Shown here piece by piece: positions 13,457 through 62,221 of a stretch of 64,000 bases of DNA. Origin of the DNA: Eledone cirrhosa (Eukaryota). The stretch lies in assembly GCA_964016885.1 (NCBI GenBank), contig OZ024756.1, forward strand, positions 40,796,001-40,860,000, given 5' to 3'. A program made the translations under genes and the position numbers. The first letter of the stretch is position 1. Each line of letters opens with the position of its first letter. The notes below the pieces were generated by a model, which was given only the letters and a program-made list of their open reading frames with translations, was not told the DNA's origin and made no database searches.

Positions 13457-13574
13457 GTTGACAGGTGCTACTAAAGTTAATTACTGAAGAAACTTACACA
13501 AAACGTGGAGAGGAAGAAGGGGGAGGTAAGCCGGGTAAAGAGGGATAGTTGGAGTAGATACTACAGACGAAGTT

Positions 13575-13620
13575 TCACTTGCGCATAGCCTAAGCGGTTA
13601 CTTCCGGTTCCGCTCACAGC
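13575..13620 (-). promoter_or_regulatory. Putative SerRS core promoter with ETS (CCGGAAGT) and NRF1-like half site (TGCGCAT)
   Basis: ACTTCCGG at 13600-13607 and TGCGCAT at 13580-13586 lie in a locally CpG-richer patch 125-150 nt upstream of the ATG, typical of housekeeping promoters. Confidence 0.5.
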
Positions 13621-13662
13621 TTTCTCCATTCATGTTATATTATCTACCTTAATGATAAAGGG

Positions 13663-13850
13663 TGGTGGATTGGCAGTATCGGTAGAGGGTCGGACGCCAT
13701 GCTTTGACGCATAGAGTTACGGCCCTTGCCATTCTGAGTTCAAATCCCGCCGAGGTTGACTTTGCCTTTCATCCTTACGGAGTCGATAAAATAAAGTACC
13801 AGTAATACACTGGGTAATTGCTGGCCTTGTGCCAAAAGTAGAAACAATTA
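13663..13850 (+). mobile_element. Full-length SINE family B with target-site duplication
   Basis: Flanked by ATTATCTACCTTAATGA (~13638-13654 and ~13847-13863); its 3' end plus TSD is tandemly re-duplicated at ~13869-13920. Confidence 0.88.
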
Positions 13851-14006
13851 TCTACCTTAATGAATGAACTGGGTAATTGCTGGCCTTGTGCCTAAAGTAG
13901 AAACAATTATCTACCTTAATAAAGGAAGACATTGGATAATAAAATGAAAATATCTCTTTCGATTAACCGGATTCATTTGCGTTTATATATATATATATAT
14001 ATATAA

Positions 14007-14272
14007 TGTCAGAAGAGTGTTTTGTAGTTTATACATCACTGCACCAGATGTCAGAGCAGTGTTTTGTAGTTATACATCAGGGCACCAGATGTCGGAGCAG
14101 TGTTCTGTTGTAATACATCACTGCACCAGATGTCGGAGTAGTGTTCTGTTGTGATATATCACTGCACCAGATGTCAGAACAGTGTTCTGTAGTTATACAT
14201 CACTGCACCAGATGTCAGAACAATGTTCTGTAGTTATACATCACTGCACCAGATGTCGTCTTGTGATACATC
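14007..14272. repeat. 41-bp minisatellite, ~6 copies
   Basis: Unit ATACATCACTGCACCAGATGTCAGAGCAGTGTTYTGTAGTT. Confidence 0.9.
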
Positions 14273-14729
14273 ACATTCAGTAAGGGTGACGACATCTAGT
14301 TTCTGTTATCCTATCGACTAAGCCAGCTCGCCACATCCTTACATACACCTCTAGTTATCTGATGCTGTCATGTGATGGAGTTCCGTCGGTCTCGACGGTC
14401 AGTGTTCCTGTTCGAGAGACTGACGTGCAAGTGACGGAGCAATCCTCAGCATGACACTGCGTGTGATAACAAAGCTGTCAATTTGAATCTACATACACAA
14501 ATATTTTTCTTCAGCAAAATAGACTGACTGCTCAAGGACACAACGCACCACACGGTACAGGAACCAAACCCATGATTTTATCATTGAGAGCCGCTCATTC
14601 TAACCGTTAAACAAAGCATTTTCCTATATTTTTAGCTGATCTAAAATTAAAATAATTAAAATTAAAACGTCAAGCAAGGGAGGTAATTTTTTCCATTTCA
14701 AGGGAAGCAACTCACTTGTGGCGTAACTA

Positions 14730-14965
14730 ACACGAAGGATCCATAGATGTGGTTGATAGTTTCAGCTATTTAGGTGACTTAATTAGCAGTAGAGTGCTCT
14801 GAGAGCATAATAGCTAGAATAAGGATAGGATGGAAGAAATTTAGGGAATTTGATGACTGTATGCCGCCTGAGTAGTAAGTGCTAGATTGCATATCTCTGA
14901 AACAGAGAGTATGCGCAGGCTAGAGAGAAATGAAGCAAGCATGCTTCGTTGGATGTGCAATGTCA
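14730..14965 (+). mobile_element. Degenerate RTE-clade LINE fragment (post-RT region)
   Basis: Broken translation VVDSFSYLGD...RIRIGWKKFRE...RRLERNEASMLRWMCNV. Confidence 0.65.
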
Positions 14966-17900
14966 TATAATTCGTAAATACCATTAGCATGAAAAATGTC
15001 TAATCCAAAGATCTGTTAAGAGTTGCCTCCCATACATAAGTTATTCAGTTTTTTTTCTTTTTTTCGCTACATTTTTATTTATTTAAAGGTAGTGTTTTAA
15101 TGCCGCTTCCGTTGAATATGTAAAATCTGTTTTATTGCAAATAAATACTATAGCTGACATAATCATAATTTAAAGTCAGCCTGCCCTTCTAGCAACTATT
15201 GGACTCATCACAGACCAAGCTACTACTGCTCTGGGCAGGGGATAGGAGGCTACTACTGGCTTACGTTCACGTGCTAAGTGTACTTTATCGTGGCACAGCC
15301 ATTTAGGAGGTTGTCGCGTTTTTGACACAGCTGAAGAGTCCTCCAGACCCCAACAAAGTAATTTTATTTCCTATTTGTCCTACCTACATATGAATTTTCA
15401 TAAAATGCCATGTGTCCCAGTTTTTAAAATAGGTACGCTGTATCCCTGTATGTCGTAAGTTGCCATGTGTGTCCCAGTTTTTAGAATAGGTACATCGTAT
15501 CTCTGTGTATCCCAGTTTTTTTAAAATATATCCCTGCATCTCATAAGAGGCAACTAAAAGGGTTGGCATCACGAAGGGCATCTGGCTGTAAAACATTGTC
15601 TCAAACCATCCTGCCCAAATTCATGGAAGAGTGGACATAAATACGATCATGATGATGGTGATGATGCTGATGATGATATACAAGAGGACTTCAAATAAAT
15701 ATGAGAAGAGATTGCCCCTAAACCACTGGTATATGCTGTATACATGGCCTTCCCCTTTTTCACTGATCAAGTAACAGGAGAAATTTAAGAAGTGTGTTGA
15801 AAGCAATAAATAACTTCAGCCTGTTTTGAAACCTAAGCTACATCAACTGCTGTTAATAAGGTTGCTAGACATAACGCAGGGAGGGGATATTTTATTTTAA
15901 TTTTATTTTTATATTTTAGGATAAAATTGTTAATAATATTCTCTCATGTTTGACACACCAGTGTATTCCTTCAAGGAGAAATTGTGCTTAGGGCAGCTTT
16001 TTTCTTGCATTCCATAATTCAGCAGCAGTTTCTAGTTTAACCCCACCTATTATTAATCTGAAAGCCGACCTCTGAAGAAAGCTCTTGAAAAGTATTAAGT
16101 TTGTTAAATCCCACATTCTTCAGTCAATTTCAATGGTTGTTATTGTTTAGGCCTAAGTTAACTCTGATCCAGCAGCCACATAAGGAAAGGTTTTTCTGAG
16201 TTATCTAGAACTACATTATCTAATGTCTCACTGTGATAGAATTGGTTGCTATTTCCAGCAACTTTAACAACCGTGTAGAGCCTTCCCTACTTAGAGTACA
16301 CTTAGTTTCAAGTTCTGTTCCATTCTGAGAGGACCTCCATCAACTTCACTGAAGTTCTTGAGGCAAACTTGTTTCGTTGACCAGTTTGACAAACTCAGAT
16401 TTTTATTCTATTAACTTCTTTGCATCCTCAACAGTAAAGTTTAGAATTTCTGCATACTTCAATTATGGATCCTAATAATATTTTCTGGTTGGTTTGGTAA
16501 ACAATAATTTCTTTGTGTATATTGTATTTTTTGCTTGATATATATCATCATCATCGTTTTAACGTCCACTATCCCTGATAGCAAGGGTTGGATCGGTCCA
16601 TACAGACCAAGTCAGTACTGAAGTGGAGTCACTGATCTCCCAGGCAAGCCAGGGATCTGTGTCTTGCTTATGAATGGTCTCACTTTCCATTAAGTGCTCA
16701 GGAGAGGTTGTCATGACTTTGACACAACTGAGGGTCTACACAACCTTTTGTTTGGCAAGATACATGTCTGATATACTTGGTGTTGTGCATAGATGAAATA
16801 AGAATGAATATCTGTTGAAAATTAAAGGAACTTAGTTTGAATATAAAAAATAAAGACTCTCCTTAACATTTCCTGATGTAGCAGGTGTCACTGGCCTTTC
16901 TCTGTGACCTTCACTATTCTGTTTGTGGGGTACAACTTAATCACCACTCAGACTGGGGTGTAGAGTCTATCCCTCTGTTCCCCCTCTCTCTTTCCTTCAT
17001 TGCTTACTTCTTTTTTTTCTTTTTCTTTCCTTTTTTTGTTCATTTCAATAATATTATTTTGTCTAACTTTACAATGGATTAATAGAATTAAAATTATATT
17101 ATAAAATTTATATAATCAGAAGAAATTATTAAATTATTGGTGGTTAATGATTTCCATCATAATTTTATGTAAAAACTTCTGTATGTGTCAAATATCATCT
17201 TAATAATGAGAAAGTTAGTTATATTATTAAATCCCTCCAAATTCTTCATTATTTTCAAAATTACTTGGTTACTATGCTAACAGAACGGTTAAAGTGTTTA
17301 TATTCATCTAAAAGTTTACCAGCATAATTTTATATAAGGACTTCTGTTGTTATATTCCAGATACCAACTTAATAATGAGAAAGTTAGTTGTCTTATTAAA
17401 TTTCTCCATAGGAGATGTCTTTTATTAGAAATATGGTAATTAAAAGGTTAAAGTATTTATATTAATGTAAAAACCTTCAATGATCATTTTTTGTAAAACC
17501 TTTTAACTTATAATCCAAATCCTAATTTAATATTGAAAAAGTATTTTACTAAATCAATCCAAATTCTTGATTACTTCCAAAATTACTTGAAAGCCAAAGG
17601 TACTGTCTTTCTCTGCAAGGATAGATGGTGGTGGTAGTGATAATATATATCTCGGTGTATGACTGGTACTTTATTTCATTGACTCTGGAATGATAAAGGC
17701 AAAGTTAACCATGGCAGAATTTGAACTTAGAATGTAAAGAAATGCTACTGAATGATGCAAGGTATTCTGTCCAATATTCTACCGATTCTGCCAATCCATC
17801 ATCCTACACCAGCAATAAATAAATCTATAAAATGGTTTCTTTTTTTTTTTTTTTTTTTTTTTGATTTTCTCTCATGAATATATTACATTTTAAAAAATTC

Positions 17901-18034
17901 TTTTAACTGTTCCCACCATCCGGCTGTGGCCATGCTGGGGCATTCCAATGAAAACACTCATCTGAGGTAATTTAAACATGGAGCAGTTATAGTTTGTGAA
18001 TTCAGGCTGATAGAGTAAGTGGATATAGTGAAAT

Positions 18035-18714
18035 GAGATAGGTGGTACCAAATACAATCTGATAGAGTAAGTCAATAGAATGAGATGGGTGGTACCAAAT
18101 ACAATCTGATAGAGTAAGTTAATACAGTGAGATGGGTGGTACCAAATACAATCTGATAGAGTAAGTCAATACAGTGAGATGGGTGGTACCAAATACAATC
18201 TGATAGAGTAAGTCAATACAGTGAGATGGGTGGTACCAAATACAATCTGATAGAGTAAGTTAATACAGTGAGATGGGTGGTACCAAATACAATCTGATAG
18301 AGTAAGTCAATACAGTGAGATGGGTGGTACCAAATACAATCTGATAGAGTAAGTCAATACAGTGAGATGGGTGGTACCAAATACAATCTGATAGAGTAAG
18401 TCAATACAGTGAGATGGGTGGTACCAAATACAATCTGATAGAGTAAGTCAATACAGTGAGATGGGTGGTACCAAATACAATCTGATAGAGTAAGTCAATA
18501 CAGTGAGATGGGTGGTACCAAATACAATCTGATAGAGTAAGTCAATACAGTGAGATGGGTGGTACCAAATACAATCTGATAGAGTAAGTCAATACAGTGA
18601 GATGGGTGGTACCAAATACAATCTGATAGAGTAAGTCAATACAGTGAGATGGGTGGTACCAAATACAATCTGATAGAGTAAGTCAATACAGTGAGATGGG
18701 TGGTACCAAATACA
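18035..18714. repeat. 47-bp minisatellite, ~14 copies
   Basis: Unit GAGATGGGTGGTACCAAATACAATCTGATAGAGTAAGTCAATACAGT, nearly invariant. Confidence 0.96.
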
Positions 18715-19094
18715 GGTGGACTAAAGACCAGCCAATCTTGAAACTAAAGGATTATAGCAAGCTAGTCAAAAATTGCTCAGTAGTTATTCTTTACTTGTAT
18801 TTCTGAATAAAGTACATCTCACCCTGTATCTCAATACTGCTTTCTTCTACCCAGAGTAATAATACCCCCCCCCCCCCCACTGTACTGTACCAATCTTTCA
18901 CTTATGGATTATGTAACATAAAGTTATAATTCTAAGGTTAAATATTAAATAAATAAATGTATTCCCCTCTGAGAGAAATGTGTTTGTTTAGAGAGCAGGA
19001 TCAAATTATCACCACCACTAACACTATCATCATCATCATCATCACCATCAATACAATCACCATCATCATCATCATCACACCATTTGTACAATCT

Positions 19095-19559
19095 GCTCCA
19101 GCCACTGCCCCACAGACATGCTTCAGCCACTGGTCAACAGACATGCTTCAGCCACTGGTCAACAGACATGCTCCAGCCACTGGTCAACAGACATGCTCCA
19201 GCCACTGCCCCACAGACATGCTTCAGCCACTGGTCAACAGACATGCTTCAGCCACTGGTCAACAGACATGCTCCAGCCACTGCCCCACAGACATGCTTCA
19301 GCCACTGGTCAACAGACATGCTCCAGCCACTGGTCAACAGACATGCTCCAGCCACTGCCCCACAGACATGCTTCAGCCACTGGTCAACAGACATGCTTCA
19401 GCCACTGGTCAACAGACATGCTCCAGCCACTGCCCCACAGACATGCTTCAGCCACTGGTCAACAGACATGCTCCAGCCACTGGTCAACAGACATGCTTCA
19501 GCCACTGCCCCACAGACATGCTCCAGCCACTGGTCAACAGAGATGCTCCAGCCACTGGT
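19095..19559. repeat. 25-bp minisatellite with two unit types, ~18 copies
   Basis: CAGCCACTGGTCAACAGACATGCTY alternates with CAGCCACTGCCCCACAGACATGCTY. Confidence 0.95.
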
Positions 19560-21110
19560 ATATATCAACTTTCGCCCAAATCCATTCTCTCGACCAAGAT
19601 CTCCCCAAGGCCTACCTCCATCTCTCCTCTACTTGCCACCCTTTCCTTGCCCAATCCCTTATCCAATTCATCCTTTACCTCAATCGCCTCCTTTTCAATT
19701 TCCTCACTTCTGTAAAAAATCATAATCTCGACTCTCTCCGCTCCCCTCCTGCCGTCACCGCCCATACTCATTTTCACCTCCAACCCTAACCCTTCTATCC
19801 CGTCACCTACCACTGAATCTGCACAAGCTTTGCCCAACCACCTTGACCCCTACGCCTCTTTTACTCCCTCACGTCCCTGCACTGTAGTCATCATACTCTA
19901 GGACCTACCACTCTCCCAAGCTGAGCGCTCCCTCCTAGCCCCTGGTTTGCGTTTTATACCAACCACATCTACCTGCGACGAGTTCCGCACACGTGCCGAG
20001 ATTGAAGGGTTCTACTGTCGATTAAAGCTGAAAGCTTTTTTTCACAACACGCCATCATCGACACGGACGGATGACTTCACTCGTCTCAGTCGCCGGCAAT
20101 CACATTAGACGCCGAGATCTGGCCAATTCAGCACCCCCGACTCCTTTGTCAATACTTGCCGGTGTACTGTGAATAGGTTCCGTATCCACCAGCATTCTCA
20201 TTACTCTAACATCACGCGAACTGAGCTCTTCACAACCTTCGGCGTCGCGATGGCATTGTCATCAAACCCGCTGACAAAGGTGGCACTGTGGTGGTTTGGA
20301 GCGCTGATCTATATAGGGTTGAGGCTCTCCGTCAGCTTCACAATACCCTTTTTTACCACCCTTTATCCTCCACCATTCGCAAGCTCATCTCCTCCTCTCA
20401 CCTACCCCCTACAGCCACCAACCTTATTGTACGCACCCCTCGCACACCCACCATCTACTTCCTCCCCAAAATACACAAACAGAATAATCCTGGCCGTCCT
20501 ATCGTTTCTGCGTGCAACTGCCCCACCGAGATAATTTCTGAATATTTAGACACCATCCTCGCCTCGTTGGTCAGCAATCTCCTCTCCCACATTATGCCCT
20601 TAGACTCTTCAACTCTTTCTCCTTTCCTCCTGGTCCCTCCCGCCTTCTCTTTACCCTGGACATCACTTCTCTCTATACTGTCATCCCTCATGATGACGGC
20701 CTCTGCGCACTCCAGCATTTTTTTAGATTTACACCCTACCCCTTACCCCAGCACTACCACTCTTTTCCGTCTGGCTGAGCTTGTTCTCACCCTTAATGGA
20801 TTATCTTTTTCGGGTGAATTTTACCAGCAGGTCTCTGAGGAAGCGATGGGAACCAGAATGGGTCCAAACTATGCCAACTTGTTTGTTGGCTACGTCAAAT
20901 CCCAGATTTTCTCCCAGTACGCTGGACCAACTCCTGAGTTATACGGTCCGTCTCCTCAATCTATTTTATTTCTCATTCTTTCTTATGATGAAGGACTAGC
21001 GTCCGAAACGTTAAGACCCTCTTCCTGCTACTTCAAGCGTTAACCTAATATATCCCTTCCATATACTGTACTGATTGTGTTGTTATTTCTGTTTACCTTT
21101 TACATATATA
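19560..21110 (+). mobile_element. Decayed Penelope-like retroelement (RT remnant plus terminal region)
   Basis: Frameshifted RT motifs IVIKPADKGGTVVVW, IYFLPKIHKQNNPGRPIVSACNCPTE, DITSLYTVIPHDDG, FYQQVSEEAMGTRMGPNYANLF; hammerhead-like motif at the 3' end. Confidence 0.85.
20981..21016 (+). ncRNA. Degenerate minimal hammerhead motif in the PLE terminus
   Basis: TCTT-ATGATGA-A-GGAC TAGC GTCC-GAAAC-GTT-AAGA: stem I TCTT/AAGA, stem II GGAC/GTCC, palindromic AACGTT; core C3 replaced by A. Confidence 0.6.
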
Positions 21111-23773
21111 TATATATATATATATTAGAATATAGGGTTAACCGAACAGAGCTCAGGCTATCATAACTGATAGTTGTCAGTGAAATATGTATAACTGAGT
21201 TTTAAATAAACTTGAATCAACTGATTATGGCCTTTGATATTTTAATAATATATATATATATATATCATCATCACCATCATCATCATTTTATGTCTGCTTA
21301 TATATATTCCCCCTCTCTCTTTTTATATATATATACATATATATAAAAGTTACAGTAGAGGTAGACCAAGGAAGTTGTGAGAGTCTATTTCAAATCACTG
21401 AATCTCACAGCCAGGTTGATGACAAGTAGAGAGATGCTGAGTTGAAAAGGACCCATCCAACCCATGCAAGAGCAGATGTAATATGATGATGATGATGATG
21501 ATAATGATGATTCCTCTTATATATTTATGAAATTGTAATTTTAGAATTCAATATGTTACAAAACGACAATGTTTAATTATTTTCCTGTTGGTGCCAGACC
21601 ACACCTAAATTCCACCAAGTTGGCTCTTTTAGTTTTTTCTCTCTTTCTTTTTTTTTTGTATTTTGTTTCGTCTTTTCTTATTTTCTTCAGAAAAACAAGA
21701 GTGGAATGTGTCAGTAGGAAATAATCTCAAACATTTCATTCTTTATAACACCCTCCAGAAAAATACTGAGAGTCCAGATCTCATTTCATGATAGTTGTTC
21801 CAAACACCAAACTAAATATTCACAACAAATGGAGTTTTTTTAATCTTTTTTTTCTTATATTCATAAAATTTTAGAAATGTTTTCATTTATTTCCTTTTTG
21901 TTTCGTTTTGTTTCGTTTTGTTTTTCCTTCCTCTTTAATTAAAATTAAATTTTGATGAAATTAATCAGATAAAATATCTACAATATTAGTGAAAATATTT
22001 TGTTTGTAAGCATTGAAGTTATTAGTGCATCTGTTGCTGTTGTTTAACCCTAGGTTAACAATGAATAAGCAGACCTCTGATCAAAGGCATTCTAGCCATA
22101 ACCATCCCATCTTTGATTCAGACATATTGTTATTTAAGTTAGAATCTCAGATAGAATACTTTGCAGTATTTGTTCCAGCTCTCTGCTCTCTCTCAGTTGA
22201 AATCCCACTGAAGTCAGCTTTCATTTTCATCCTTTTAAGGTCGATAATAAAAGTAACAGTGTGTCCTCCAATATCATGTGGAACTATCACATAGTGTTAA
22301 TAGTTGTTGTTTAACTCTAGGTCAGCTCTGTTCAGGCAGAACCATCATCAAACATATTCCATCCATGGCCATCCCATTAACAGTTAGTAGTAACTCGTCA
22401 GCCATAATTTCTTTCCTCTGTTCTACTAAAATATTCACCGACAAACAATTAAAAGTCTCAATAAGTTGGACAATTATCTTGCCTCTCCATCAATATCTGT
22501 GGTCTCTTCTGGAAAGTAGTGTCTGTTTACTTAGAATTCATTCTTACAACTCAGGCATGTCACCGAGGAGGAAGAGGAAGACAGGATGACACAGCCCCTC
22601 CCCTCACCTTTCAATGGTATACCCTCAGACTTAGAAAATAGAGTTTATATATTAAAAATGTTCTGAAATACGTTCCATGTGATAAAGTGCACTCACAGAG
22701 TGTTCTTAAGCACCGCCGTCAGCACCAAAACCTGGAGACAGGTTTGCTACAACTTACCTCTCTCATTTGGATATCAACGACAAAGGCTTCCTGTCACCCT
22801 GGTTCAAACTGTCTCTTCCATCTCTCCTCTCCATCAATATATGTGGTCTTTTCTGAAAAGTGATGTCTATTTACTGAGAAATAATTCTTACCTCTCTCCT
22901 TTGGACATCAACAACAAAGGCTTCCTTCCAGTTACCTTGGTGCAAACTCTCCCTTCCTTTCCATTCCTTCAAGTTCCTCAACTAGCGTTCAATCTGGGCT
23001 GACTTAGAACTAAGCAACAGCAACAACAGCAGGTTATTTTAAACATTAGAACAAGATATTTCCACAACAGAAATCCCAAAGAACAAGAGCAAGAAGGAAC
23101 AAACAGTTGTAACTGGTTTATTAAATATATATTCATATATAAACAAAACAAAACAGAAAAAAGTGCTTCAAAAGTGTATTATATAAACTGTTGATTGTAT
23201 CAAACGGTTTCTAGTGGCTTATGTATGTATACAGTAAAACAAATCTAGTTTTTATTAATTGATACTTAGATCTAATTAATAAAACTTGTGTCCTTTTGAC
23301 TGCTAAATCTTTATAAGAACAATGTTTGTTTGAGAATATCCCTTTATATAACATGCCATAGAAATTTAGGGTTTGACAGTTACAAAATAAAATATTTTAT
23401 ATAAAAAAAAAAAAACAAAAAAATAATGAAGCTTCCATTTATCTAATTTTCTTAAGACTGAGTATATGTATTGGTCTATATAAGTTTTAACAAAACTCAA
23501 GACATATCTCAACCGGTATTTTTATGTTTGTGACATGTAGTTTGTTGTCAAGAAGAAATAGTCACCAGGATAAACTTATTTACTCCTTAATAATAATAAC
23601 AACAACAACAATGACAATAATAGTAGTAGTGTTAATAATAACAATAATAGTAACTAATAATAATAATAATGTTAATAATAATTGGACGGTGTAAAAATGG
23701 ATCTTAATCAACAGGTTTTGAATTAATGTTTAAATAGAAACAGAGCTAAATTTATTTAGATCTTAGGAACATT

Positions 23774-23844
<71 letters not shown>

Positions 23845-24264
23845 ATACATACATCTGGTTTAGGTAATTAATTGTTCTATACATTCATACATAAACACTA
23901 TACAGGATGAAAATAACTTTAGCCCCAACTCTAGTGAGTGTCTGGTATAGTTAGTTTATAATATCAAAACAGTTAAAATTCTTACATGCGTGTATATATA
24001 TATATAACTAAATATCTATATAGATTATACCATAATATTCTGATATATTTTAAACAGGCTGTAACTGGTTTGTACACATTATATTATGAAACACTTTGTG
24101 TATGTAGTTCTTAGAGCAAAGGCATATTGGAGTGCCCCAGTACCAATTCTTTCAAATAATCAAGTTCACGTCTTTCTCAGGTACTGAGATATTTTCACAG
24201 TTCTTTAGACACAAGCAAGCTCAGCTGGTTAAAATATGACAATATTATTTTAGGAACGCTATAC

Positions 24265-24306
<42 letters not shown>

Positions 24307-24322
24307 ATATATAGTAATTAAG

Positions 24323-24468
24323 ATACATGGCAACTAAACATGTTTTCTTTGGTACTCATAATTTCAGGATTGTATCCAATCAATCTTGCAAGATTAATCT
24401 GCTACCATTAACCAGATACCACCATGAAATTATGAGTACAAAAGGAAACATGTTTAGTTGCCATGTAT
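24323..24468. repeat. Foldback inverted repeat (~44-bp arms)
   Basis: ATACATGGCAACTAAACATGTTTTCTTTGGTACTCATAATTTCA pairs with TGAAATTATGAGTACAAAAGGAAACATGTTTAGTTGCCATGTAT; related sequence at ~46620-46745. Confidence 0.88.
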
Positions 24469-25948
24469 ATTTAGTCATATAAAATACCTCTATTTACATA
24501 TCAGGGACTCATTCTTTTGGAATTATAATTTACATAAAATGATATATATATATATATATATATATAATTAATTCATTTGAAATTAAGGCATAACTTTATT
24601 ACTATGTTGTATATCCTGTTTCCATATATAATGGAGTGACCAATGAAAATGAGAGACCAATGACAGGGTTACACTTCAGCTTTGAAAAAAAATCAATATA
24701 CTCTTCTACATGTATTGAGAACTTTTTTCTCTTGTTCACACATCCAAATGTATAGACATGTGCAAGCACACATATATACACATATATACACAGATATTTG
24801 TATGTTTATATATGTATGTGTGTGTATGTGCATCAACTTATGCCTATGTATAGATGTCTGTGTCTGTGCGTTGATAGATATTTTCACAAAATAAATAAAA
24901 TCCTACTTGAACAACAACAAAATAAATAACAACAACTACTACTACTACTACTACAACTACCACTACTACTACTATTAATAATAATAATAACGACCACAAT
25001 GAAAATGGAAATAATGATAATAAAGATAATAATGTGTTTTAACTTTAGCATAAGGTCACACACATTTATAGGGAAGAGGTATAGTCAAGTGATCACCCTC
25101 AGTAAATTACTGGTACCTATTGTGGTATTTCCAGAGCTCTGTAAAGGAATATCTAAACAATTTCATGCAGAGGCACAGTCCCCAAAACTTTGGGGGCGAG
25201 GAATAGCCGTGTCCATTAATTCCAGCAGTGGGTATTTATATCTTATTGACCCCTGATCAATGAAAGGCAACGTCAACCGTAAAGGGATCTAACCAGATAT
25301 CACAAGGTATTTTCTCTGGTGCTCTACCAATTCTGCCAATCACCACCCATGTTATTATTATTATTGCATGCTATCAGTTCATTACTGAGCATAGTCAAGC
25401 ACCTTGGACATGTGCAGTGTCATGTTGTTGGTGTTGCTGTTGTTTCTATTGCACTGAAAGTAATCCACATTGTTATCATCATCATCATTATTGTTATTAT
25501 TATTATTATTTATTATTGTTATTATTATTGTTATTATTATTATTGTTATTATTATTGTTGTTATCAATATTAATATTCTCTGAACAGCAAGAAAGAACAA
25601 ACACATGAAAGGGGGAGGGGGGGAGAATGAGAGGGAGCTAGAGAGAGGGGTAGTGAGAGGGGTAGTAAGGGTGGGAGTAAGAGGGAACTAGAGAGAGGGG
25701 TAGTAAGGGTGGGAGTGAGAGGGAACTAGAGAGAAAAACCAAGGACTGAAGGACACAAATTCCTCATCTAATGGAACCAAGAAACTGTGTCCCTAGCAAC
25801 AGTAATAAGTTACTTCTTTTGTTATGTATTATTTGTTTTTTCAGAGGGGGCTGGGGAGGGGGGGGGGTTGTCTTCATTTCTGGTTTTGGTTTCTATCATG
25901 CTGTCCCATCCTTCAGATGTTAAGAGTTAGTCAATGACATTAACTGGT

Positions 25949-62221
<36,273 letters not shown>

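Noticed and set aside
16065-16105. CTGAAGA...GAAA hammerhead-like string
   Set aside because: Stems I and II cannot form convincingly.
18035-18714. CRISPR-like regular repeat array (also 47875-51220 and 14007-14272)
   Set aside because: Units are contiguous with no unique spacers, no cas genes are present, and the context is eukaryotic.
18957-19789. Three overlapping 213-252-aa ORFs
   Set aside because: Products of the 25-bp minisatellite plus the decayed retroelement.
25609-25735. G-rich purine repeat with G-quadruplex potential
   Set aside because: Low-complexity simple repeat on the non-sense strand; nothing indicates function.
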